The notes beneath the pieces were generated by a model. That model was not told where the DNA came from. It was given only the letters and a program-made list of their open reading frames with translations, and ran no database searches. The translations under genes were made by a program, and so were the position numbers. A DNA stretch of 33,408 bases from Methylococcaceae bacterium UBA659 (GTDB taxonomy: Bacteria > Pseudomonadota > Gammaproteobacteria > Methylococcales > Methylomonadaceae): the NCBI GenBank assembly GCA_002299495.1, contig DBNZ01000001.1:11219-44626 (forward strand), written 5' to 3'. Shown here in pieces: positions 10,601-17,932 of this stretch. How positions within the stretch are numbered: position 1 is the stretch's first letter; each line of letters opens with the position of its first letter.

Positions 10601-11038
10601 GAAATAAAAAAATTGGCTACCCAAGATGTGATCATTGAGGGCTACATTGAAGATGTCGCCGATGTATACGACAGCTGCCGGGTTTTTGTGGCGCCGTTGC
10701 TCACCGGCGCCGGCATAAAAGGAAAAGTCATTGAAGCGTTGGCTTACGGCACACCCTCGGTGCTGACTGCAATGGCCGCAGAAGGCATCCCTTTACGTCA
10801 TGGCGCAGAAGCTTTGATCGCCGAAACTGCCCAAGAATGGGCGGACGCGGTCACTGAGCTGTATACTAACCAGACACTGTGGGAGCAAATGTCTACCGCT
10901 GCTAAGGCGTTCGCGCAGCAACACTATAACTTTGAGAATGGCCGAAAATTAATGCGGAGGGCATTGGAGACAGCGGAAATTTTTGCGCCCATCGAAAACC
11001 AAGCGTTAGTAGCCAAGCATTCCCGGCCATTTAAATAA
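7694..11038 (+). CDS. Multidomain glycosyltransferase (N-terminal carbohydrate-binding/Ig-like region + GT2 + GT4-like)
   Basis: GT2 motifs PKVSVVVPVHNK, ILVDDGSSD, LNNDTE and YFEDTDL. C-terminal GT-B motifs FLGGFGHPPN and GIKGKVIEALAYG. The start is uncertain (7694, 7742 or 7781). Confidence 0.9.
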   Translation: MKSFFLSCNGFFNAVIVEKKLLQEDQGLDMLIDGKFSCTLNASHAKKQPPLTRINQIIDAGFDQGVSHWHYDLMLPHGASLGMDMSEKWTLFNGHTLHIYQNAGFNSFVDLVYHDPVVGDFLPVKPDDFYHITGSFGLHRCHGAYLVEFYDKNYKLLYRHDKNVVQGKKGGSVLEDYQTVSEIVHVPKNAGFARLVVRKFPAKDGETDSFLFFTRPAFSLVPAANEPLLKWEKSFVSPQQWQNLRTIELENFAAIQFLLPEQVYDGQSHQIELVEHSSGNAVNGSPKTFQYETGIDGELVKLEGIRVMGWVSGPEVPVEIYVDDQWVAGTASAENADNGQHAFSIALPEPYLDGRPHRIEAKIRFSGKRVGELAEITPYTLTPWNALQKFAGKPLPAKLSPAAAYRYDSMRASLLALAAAAKQNNHQELADMMERVKYLGTLHELLVAGFDRTKKYAPLKFPFHEQPKVSVVVPVHNKFAVTYHCMAALLFAYNEASFEVILVDDGSSDETVSIEELVSGIVYLRHETSQGFIRSCNRGAHSARGEYIVMLNNDTEPTVHWLDELLFTFAAFDQVGLAGSKLLYPDGSLQEAGGIVWGSGNPWNYGRGGNPGDPRFNYTRQADYLSGAAIMLAKRVWDQVGGFSEDYCPAYFEDTDLAFKVRAAGYKTVFAPLSVVYHFEGVSSGTDIASGTKRYQEINRPKFKQKWIHQCRYNGEEGKDADLNKDRGVTLRALVIDYQTPRPDIDAGSYAAIQEIRLLQSLGFKVTFVPDNFAYLGKYTELLQRLGVETLYAPFAFTMQSVLEKRGHEFDVVYITRYYVAKNHLSLVKQYAPRAKVLFCNADLHFLRELREALESKDIEQLKKACIIREEELSVMREADVTLSYNEIEHAVVLSHNLNSTKIMTCPWVVDVSDKTPGFCTRNDIAFLGGFGHPPNKAAVLFFIGQVMPILHKQLPEAKFRVFGSNMPDEIKKLATQDVIIEGYIEDVADVYDSCRVFVAPLLTGAGIKGKVIEALAYGTPSVLTAMAAEGIPLRHGAEALIAETAQEWADAVTELYTNQTLWEQMSTAAKAFAQQHYNFENGRKLMRRALETAEIFAPIENQALVAKHSRPFK

Positions 11039-11065
11039 ACACCCTGCCAAAGCTATTGGATAAGC

Positions 11066-11794
11066 ATGTTGAGACACATAATATTCCACTATCATTTTTT
11101 TAAAAACGCGGGCACTTCCGTTGATGCGTTTTTACAATATAACTTCCCTAGGCAATGGGTCAGTAAGGAATTTACCAGTAACCAATACCCCACAAATTCC
11201 AGCGAATGCCAACAATGGTTAATACAGGAACCACAAGCGGTGGCGTTTTCCTCGCACACCGCTTTGCCGCCGCCGCCAGAAATTGCCGGCGTACGCATAG
11301 TTCCGATCATTTTTTTCCGTCACCCGATAGACCGGATCGCCTCAGCTTATGATTTTGAACGCAAACAAGCCGCCGACACCACAGGTTCTTTATTGGCTCG
11401 GAAAACCGATTTAAAAGGGTACATCGAAACCCAGCTTTTGCTTGGAAAATATAGCCAATGCCGTAATTTCCACTTATCTAAGATAAAACATATCATCGAC
11501 AGCCACGCCCCTGCCGATGCCGCCATAAAATTTATCGACAGCCTGCCCTTTGTTGGGCTTGTGGAACAGTACGACCAATCCATAGCAAAATTGGCTAGGC
11601 TATTGTCCCCTTATTTCCCCCTAGTCAAGCCGATAGTGGTGACAAAAAACGTAAACCGCAGTTTAGTTGAGCCGCTTGGTTCTAAATTAAACAACATTCG
11701 CCAGCAAATAGGCGACGCTCTCTACCATGAATTGCTTTTGGCAAATGCCGAGGATTTAGCCTTATTTGAGCATGTCCAAAAAAAATACCGCTAA
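11066..11794 (+). CDS. Sulfotransferase family protein (Sulfotransfer_2-like)
   Basis: 5'-PSB-like HYHFFKNAGTSV, 3'-PB-like FRHPIDRIASAY, FVGLVEQYDQS, and a C-terminal N-x-x-D-L-x-L-F motif. Confidence 0.8.
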   Translation: MLRHIIFHYHFFKNAGTSVDAFLQYNFPRQWVSKEFTSNQYPTNSSECQQWLIQEPQAVAFSSHTALPPPPEIAGVRIVPIIFFRHPIDRIASAYDFERKQAADTTGSLLARKTDLKGYIETQLLLGKYSQCRNFHLSKIKHIIDSHAPADAAIKFIDSLPFVGLVEQYDQSIAKLARLLSPYFPLVKPIVVTKNVNRSLVEPLGSKLNNIRQQIGDALYHELLLANAEDLALFEHVQKKYR

Positions 11795-11855
11795 AGCCGA
11801 TTAGGCCCTGTTATTGAACGTCATTTTTTACCGTTCTAGAAACCCGTGGCCGGTC

Positions 11856-12875
11856 ATGAAGAAAAAATCACTCACCTTACATATCGGCACGGAAAAAACC
11901 GGAACGACATCAATCCAAGATTTTTTGGCCTTAAACCGCCCGCAACTAAAACAACAAGGAATTTTATACCCCGAGTCTTTAGGCAAAAAAAACCATATAA
12001 AATTGGCCGCCTATGCCAGCCACAAAACCTGGCAATCGCTGCCTAAGTCTTTGGCCTATGGCGAGAATAACCCAGAAGCCTTTAATAAACGACTAACACA
12101 AAAACTCCAAGAGGAGCTGGCATTGCACCCTGAAGAATACGCCATCATCTCCAATGAACACCTGCATTCACGGCTTCATGGCATCGGCCAAATAAAGAGA
12201 GTCAAGGCTTTGCTTGAGGAATTTTTTCACTCTATCACCATCTTGGTCTATTTTAGGCGCCAGGATTTGATGTCCTTTTCACGTTATTCAACGGCTCTTA
12301 AAGCAGGCTTCGCAGATGCGACGCCCTTTACATCTTCCCGGCACCAGTACTACTACGATTTTTTCCGTATTTATCATAACTGGTCCAATGTATTTGGGCA
12401 GCGACAGGTGAAAGTCAGATTGTTTGCCAAAGAACATTGGAAAAACGGCGATCTCCTGGAAGACTTTTGCTTAAGTTCTGGGATTGGCCAATTTGAGGCC
12501 TTGTCGATTCCGGAACGCCGCAATCAAGCCTTATCCCTTGAGGCCGAATGGCTGCTTAAGACCCTGAATAAACAAACCCAAGCTGGCCTGGTGACGCTGA
12601 ATAGGCCGACTAGGAAAAAATTAGTCAAAGAGATTTGCCAGAAGTACCATGGCTCGCCTTTTTATCCAAAAAAACGGACAGCCATAAATTTTTACCATCA
12701 ATTTTCAGAATCCAACAATATGTTGGGGAAATGCCTTAATGATTGCCCGGAGCCTATGTTTAATAATGATTTTTCCATGTACCCTGAAAATATCGAAACC
12801 GGTCTTTTACCCGAAAAACGCTTATGGGCCAGGAATGAGTTAAGACAACTCCTTAAAAACTATTGCCATTTATAA
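11856..12875 (+). CDS. Sulfotransferase-like P-loop protein
   Basis: N-terminal LHIGTEKTGTTSIQ, IISNEHL, VYFRRQD and NGDLLEDF. ATG at 11856 chosen over TTG at 11814. Confidence 0.72.
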   Translation: MKKKSLTLHIGTEKTGTTSIQDFLALNRPQLKQQGILYPESLGKKNHIKLAAYASHKTWQSLPKSLAYGENNPEAFNKRLTQKLQEELALHPEEYAIISNEHLHSRLHGIGQIKRVKALLEEFFHSITILVYFRRQDLMSFSRYSTALKAGFADATPFTSSRHQYYYDFFRIYHNWSNVFGQRQVKVRLFAKEHWKNGDLLEDFCLSSGIGQFEALSIPERRNQALSLEAEWLLKTLNKQTQAGLVTLNRPTRKKLVKEICQKYHGSPFYPKKRTAINFYHQFSESNNMLGKCLNDCPEPMFNNDFSMYPENIETGLLPEKRLWARNELRQLLKNYCHL

Positions 12876-12888
12876 ACCCTAGGTACTT

Positions 12889-13935
12889 ATGCCAATCGTT
12901 CTAGCAGAGCTTGCCAAACAATGCGCCGCCACCATTAACGGTGGGGATCCATCACAAACCATCCATTCGGCCGCCGACATCATTTCGGCAACATCCGGAC
13001 AGGTGACCCAGTTAACAAACGGCCGATACAGCAAACATATCCAAAATTCAGCGGCATCGGCCTGTTTTGTGGCCGAGGGTTTTGAACTGGGCCAAGTGCC
13101 CGGAAATTTAGCATTGCTGGTCTGTAAAGACCCGGAAATGGCTTTCATCAAAGCCGTACAAATTTTGCACCCTGAAGAGCCTATCCTCCCTTCCGTTAGC
13201 CCGCAGGCGTCGATAGCCCCGACCGCAACGGTCGCCAATTCGGCATATATTGGCCCTTTTGCGGTGATTGGCGAACAATGCCACATCGGCGAACATTGCC
13301 AAATACTGGCAGGCGTTTATGTCGGCAACAAGGTGGCTCTTGGCAAGAATTGTAAAATTCACCCCTATGCCGTCATTTATGACGGGACCATTATTGGCGA
13401 CAACGTCATTATCCATTCCGGGGCCATCATCGGCGCCGATGGCTTTGGTTATAAATTTAGAAATCACCAACATGTCAAAGTCCCGCAAGTTGGCAATGTC
13501 GTAATCGAGGATAATGTCGAAATTGGCGCCAACACCTGCATAGACCGGGGCGCACTGGGCAGTACCCGCATCGGTTTAGGCACCAAAATAGACAACTTAG
13601 TGCAGATTGGCCATAACAACCAAGTAGGCCAACATGTCATTATGTGCGGGCAAGTCGGCGTTTCAGGTTCCTGCACTATCGAAGATTATGCCATTTTGGC
13701 CGGAAGCGCCGGGGTCGCCGACCATGTCACCATTGGCAAAGGCGCGGTGGTGATGGCCCGCTCGGGCATTGCCAATGACATTAAGCCAGGGAGCCAGGTT
13801 TTTGGCAGCCCGGCCAAGGATAAAAAGACGGCCTATAAAGAGCAAGTCGCCTTGGCAAAATTACCAGAATTACTAAAAACAATAAAAGAATTACGAGAGG
13901 AGGTTAAACGATTGTCGAAGAGATTCGAGGCTTAA
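12889..13935 (+). CDS. lpxD: UDP-3-O-(3-hydroxyacyl)glucosamine N-acyltransferase (LpxD or LpxD paralog)
   Basis: Hexapeptide repeats, [34 protein letters not shown] (catalytic His) and GVADH, with an N-terminal LpxD domain and a C-terminal helix. Confidence 0.92.
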   Translation: MPIVLAELAKQCAATINGGDPSQTIHSAADIISATSGQVTQLTNGRYSKHIQNSAASACFVAEGFELGQVPGNLALLVCKDPEMAFIKAVQILHPEEPILPSVSPQASIAPTATVANSAYIGPFAVIGEQCHIGEHCQILAGVYVGNKVALGKNCKIHPYAVIYDGTIIGDNVIIHSGAIIGADGFGYKFRNHQHVKVPQVGNVVIEDNVEIGANTCIDRGALGSTRIGLGTKIDNLVQIGHNNQVGQHVIMCGQVGVSGSCTIEDYAILAGSAGVADHVTIGKGAVVMARSGIANDIKPGSQVFGSPAKDKKTAYKEQVALAKLPELLKTIKELREEVKRLSKRFEA

Positions 13936-14118
13936 TTTAATTAATTAGCGTTGATTTTGTTTCTTAATAGCATTAGCTATATTATTGATTAATATAAGAT
14001 AATTTTTTTATCGTGCTGTTTCAAAAGATTTTTGTAATTAATCTGTCATTTTTTTCGCCTATAGTCTAGTGCAGTTTTATGGTATCTACGCTAATTTTGT
14101 AAAAACATCAGGGCACTT

Positions 14119-16212
14119 ATGATTGACAACTTAATCCGCACCACAGCCACAGCCACAGCTGGGTTCTCAGTCCCTTGTGTAGGCGATCTAACACAAGACG
14201 TCAAGCCCATCAATCTTGATACCCTGATACTTACAGTCCTTGAACAGTTCCAAACCAACGCCGATTTAACGGCATTGCCGATAATGGATCATAACAACAA
14301 TTATTTCGGCATCATCTCCCGCCGTAATTACTTAAACCTCATGACCAAAGCCTTTGCCAGAGAGTTATATGCACGCAAAGACTTATTCACCTTGTTAGAA
14401 ATCAACCCTGAAATATTTATTGCACCATTGGTCGCCGATGCGGAGGATCGCATCGACCAAATTATGGTGGATTTTCTGATCCGCGACCCCGCCATTATGT
14501 ATGACGCTTTGCCGGTACTCAGCAAAGGAAATATTCAGGGCGTGATTAAAGTCGCCGACATGATGTTAAGCATGTCCCAATCGCAAGGCAACTTGATCGA
14601 AACCATGCAGCGGATTAGCACCCGTTTAAATGACGAGGTGACCAAAGCCGCCACCCTGCAACAAAATCTACTGCGCCCCCCCCATATTGAATTACCCGGC
14701 CTACGCGGGGTTTCCGCGATGATCACTTCCAGCGAAATTGGTGGCGACTTCTATGATTACTACCACATTGACGGCCGCTGGTCGGTTATTTTGGTGGGTG
14801 ATGTCAGCGGTCATGGCATTGCGGCAGGCACCATCGTTTGTGCGGCGAAAGCGGGGGTCAATTTCCTGGTTTCTGAAAAAGAAAAAGAACCCGCTATCAT
14901 CTTATCTCGGCTTAGCAACCTTATTTTTAACACCGCCCACCAAAGCCTGTTGATGACCATGTTTGCCATCTGCATCGATACGCAGACAGGCGAATTAAAA
15001 TACGCAAACGCCGGGCATCAGTTCGCCTATCTTTACCGCGCCATGCTCGGCCAGTTGGATGTCCTTGAGATAGGCGGCTTGCCGATGGGCAAAAACGAAC
15101 ATACCGACTATGAGCAGGTAGCCACTGAAATTGACTTAGGTGACCGGATTTTTCTTTATACCGATAGTATCGTCGAGGAGGAAGATAGCCACGGGGAATG
15201 TTTTGGTTATGAGCGCTTGGAGGAATTACTGATAAAACATTCAGAGCATGATGTTGAACATTTGCCCCATACCCTCATTTCAAATTTGGCCAACCATATC
15301 GGACGGGATACGTTCCATGATGACCTGACCATTTTTTGTGTCGAGCATACCGAGAGAACCTACGGAACTTCAATGATGCAGGGGTCCATTGCCCATGATG
15401 CCGAGATTTTGCGCCAAGTCCATATTGATGAGATTTCCTATCGGGCCAATCCAGGGGATATTTCCCCGCATATCAAGCGGCAAGATTTAATTTTCTTAGC
15501 GCAAAACCGATTTTCAGACATCATCCCGGCCTTAGCCTCCCAAGGGGTGCGACGCATATTGCTGCATGACCATCCTATCAACCAACACTTAGGTTGGGGT
15601 AATTTGCTGAACCAGCACCTGCACCGGCATCATGATGATTTGGCCATGTACCTGCGTAGCCCCGAGCAACGCCGAGAATTTCATTTTACCCACAGCGACG
15701 ACAAGCCGTTCATCATTAATGAAATTGACGCCTGGCTACAAGAGATCGCCATAGCCAACCCTGAGCGTCTTGACACCGTTGCTTTCCTGCTCGATGAAAT
15801 CATCGAAAACGGCCTTTATGCGGCGCCCCGGGATGGTAAAGGCAGGCCTTTGTTTGCTAAGGGCACTCCTAGGGAGTTAAACCCAGGTGAAGTGTTAAGA
15901 CTGGATTTATCGATCAAAAACGGTTTGTTAGGCTTATCCATAACGGATAATTGGGGGACTTTAACGCCTAATGTGTTTTTAAACCGGTTGACCCGGCATG
16001 TGCAAGGCTCAGGGCTTATTTCAGGCATGGGCGGGGGCGGTTTGTATCTGATCTGGCGATTATCCGATTACCTTCAGCTACGCGTGTTCCCGCATCAACA
16101 AACACAAGTTTGTGTCTTTATAGACTTAAACCATCCGTTCGATCCGGAGGCCGATAAAAGTTATCAATTCCTCTACCACACAGAATTATATGAGGCTGTA
16201 AACCATGACTAA
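14119..16212 (+). CDS. CBS-pair + SpoIIE/PP2C phosphatase + C-terminal HATPase (anti-sigma-kinase-like) fusion protein
   Basis: CBS motifs LPIMDHNNNYFGIISRR and LPVLSKGNIQGVIKVADM. PP2C motifs GGDFYD, GDVSGHG, NAGH, YTDS and DDLT. GHKL boxes DEIIENGLY, ITDNWG and GMGGGGLYLI. Confidence 0.85.
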   Translation: MIDNLIRTTATATAGFSVPCVGDLTQDVKPINLDTLILTVLEQFQTNADLTALPIMDHNNNYFGIISRRNYLNLMTKAFARELYARKDLFTLLEINPEIFIAPLVADAEDRIDQIMVDFLIRDPAIMYDALPVLSKGNIQGVIKVADMMLSMSQSQGNLIETMQRISTRLNDEVTKAATLQQNLLRPPHIELPGLRGVSAMITSSEIGGDFYDYYHIDGRWSVILVGDVSGHGIAAGTIVCAAKAGVNFLVSEKEKEPAIILSRLSNLIFNTAHQSLLMTMFAICIDTQTGELKYANAGHQFAYLYRAMLGQLDVLEIGGLPMGKNEHTDYEQVATEIDLGDRIFLYTDSIVEEEDSHGECFGYERLEELLIKHSEHDVEHLPHTLISNLANHIGRDTFHDDLTIFCVEHTERTYGTSMMQGSIAHDAEILRQVHIDEISYRANPGDISPHIKRQDLIFLAQNRFSDIIPALASQGVRRILLHDHPINQHLGWGNLLNQHLHRHHDDLAMYLRSPEQRREFHFTHSDDKPFIINEIDAWLQEIAIANPERLDTVAFLLDEIIENGLYAAPRDGKGRPLFAKGTPRELNPGEVLRLDLSIKNGLLGLSITDNWGTLTPNVFLNRLTRHVQGSGLISGMGGGGLYLIWRLSDYLQLRVFPHQQTQVCVFIDLNHPFDPEADKSYQFLYHTELYEAVNHD

Positions 16213-17878
16213 TGCCAAGTTGCAAATCAAACCGCAACCTTCAGACAAAAAGGATTCACAGCTTTTTGCGTTTATCGGCTCCATTGATGTCGATGCCATA
16301 CCCATCTTAGAGCCTTTGTATTCACTTCCGGCCCATTCCAATATTGAATTGGATTTTGCCCAATTGGAACGCATCAATTCCATGGGTCTAGCGCAACTTT
16401 TAAAACTGTTCGAACATTGGCAAAAACACAGCTGCGCCATAAAAATATTCAACGTTAACAGGATGATAACGGTGCTTTTCAAAATGACAGGGTTAACCCG
16501 TTTCTTGATTATGGCAACGGATTCCCAGCAGACTGCCACACCAGAACCCCTCGCCAATGACGCCATTAATCCGGTGCCCGCAGCTGAACCGTCCACCGGC
16601 TCAACAACCGCCCAACCGGCAACTGCCAAAGCCCCCGCCCCCGCCACAGAGCAACTGGCCGTCAATAATGCCACGACAGCACAAATAAAAGCGTCTCCGC
16701 TGGTGAGCGATGCGCTGCTGACGATACAACCCGAACCATCAACAGAAGCCCTAGCACAACAGTTCGATTTCATTGGCATGATTGACGTCAATGCGATACC
16801 CGTTCTGGCCAAGCTTTATGCATTGCCGCCTAACTGCAAGGCCATTATCAATTTTGCCCAAATCCAACGGGTCAATTCAATGGGTTTAGCGCAACTACTG
16901 AAGCTCTTTGAACATTGGCAAAAGCAACACATCGCCGTACGCATCATAAACGTCAACCGTATGGTAGAAGTGTTGTTTAAAATGACCGGATTGACCCGGT
17001 TTTTGACGGACGACTTTAGCGAACCAAGCCCTCCGGTGGCTGCTGCGGCCCAGCGGCCCCAGACCGTGTTGTCCAATGCCCCCGAAACAAGGCCTGCCCC
17101 CCCATTAACAGCAGATGGAGCAGCAGAAAAACAAGCAAAACTCAACCTATGGATCAGCTCCCAAAGCAGCCAACAAATGAATGGCTGGTATTTTTTCAAC
17201 ACCTATTTGCAGCGGCATTTAGGGCGTGAGTCCCATCTTGAAATAATCCATGGCGCCGTTAATGAGCAACTGAAAAAAAGGGATGACGAAATGGACATTG
17301 TTTTCAGCAAACCCTTTGAAGCCACCCGTTTGGTATTGAAACATAATTTTCAACCCATCATGCGGCCTGTAGATCAAACCGACGAGGTGACCTTATTAGT
17401 CCGGGCCGATGACCTAAGACAAAAACTCACCGAGTTCCAAGGCGGAAAAGTCGTGACCGCGGCCAAGGACAATTTTGTTTATCTGTTGGGAAGATTTTTG
17501 CTGGAACAAAATGAGGCGGCACTACAAGATATGGAATATTTGTTCTCTGGTCATGACATCAAGGCCTTGCAAACGTTATTAAAGGGCCAAGCCGACATCC
17601 TGTTCATGCTCAGCGAGACTTATCGTGGCTTGTCCGGTTTATCTAAAAAAATGTTACGCGAAATTGATCAAAGCGAAACCGCTTTTGCCTTCCACCTATT
17701 CAGCGTCTCACCCCAGCATGCGGGCCTAGCCGATAAATTAACTGAAATTTTATTGAATATGAACTCGGATAGCCAAGGCCGCCAAGTCCTCTTAGACTTA
17801 GGCATAGCAGGATGGGTCAAGCCCAATGACGATGAAATTGCCATGCTAACCCTGTTGTTCAACCGGTATGCGGATTGA
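16205..17878 (+). CDS. Tandem STAS (anti-anti-sigma-like) domains fused to a PhnD/SsuA-type binding-fold domain
   Basis: Two STAS copies with (D/N)FAQ-x-x-R(I/V)NSMGLAQLL...FKMTGL, separated by Pro/Ala/Thr linkers. C-terminal GWYFFNTYLQRHLG...DIVFSKPF...GQADI region resembles PhnD-family binding proteins. Overlaps the upstream gene by 8 nt. Confidence 0.8.
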   Translation: MTNAKLQIKPQPSDKKDSQLFAFIGSIDVDAIPILEPLYSLPAHSNIELDFAQLERINSMGLAQLLKLFEHWQKHSCAIKIFNVNRMITVLFKMTGLTRFLIMATDSQQTATPEPLANDAINPVPAAEPSTGSTTAQPATAKAPAPATEQLAVNNATTAQIKASPLVSDALLTIQPEPSTEALAQQFDFIGMIDVNAIPVLAKLYALPPNCKAIINFAQIQRVNSMGLAQLLKLFEHWQKQHIAVRIINVNRMVEVLFKMTGLTRFLTDDFSEPSPPVAAAAQRPQTVLSNAPETRPAPPLTADGAAEKQAKLNLWISSQSSQQMNGWYFFNTYLQRHLGRESHLEIIHGAVNEQLKKRDDEMDIVFSKPFEATRLVLKHNFQPIMRPVDQTDEVTLLVRADDLRQKLTEFQGGKVVTAAKDNFVYLLGRFLLEQNEAALQDMEYLFSGHDIKALQTLLKGQADILFMLSETYRGLSGLSKKMLREIDQSETAFAFHLFSVSPQHAGLADKLTEILLNMNSDSQGRQVLLDLGIAGWVKPNDDEIAMLTLLFNRYAD

Positions 17879-17932
17879 TAAGCCGCACTGACGGGTTTGG
17901 AACTTTTCTGCGAAACCAATGGAATTCTATCG

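Noticed and set aside
7419..13935. Glycan cluster as a tRNA-integrated genomic island
   Set aside because: It lies on the 5' side of the tRNAs. I saw no integrase and no distal duplicate of the tRNA 3' end.
13936..14118. FNR box or defined sigma70 promoter in the AT-rich region upstream of the PP2C gene
   Set aside because: TTGATTAATATAAG matches only one half-site well, and I found no properly spaced -35/-10 pair. The region is probably regulatory, but no site can be supported.
16186..17202. Minus-strand ORFs 16186-16812 (208 aa) and 16816-17202
   Set aside because: Shadow frames of the STAS gene with no recognisable motifs.
16205..17878. Phosphonate ABC transporter operon
   Set aside because: No signal peptide and no phnC/phnE genes; the domain is fused to STAS domains.
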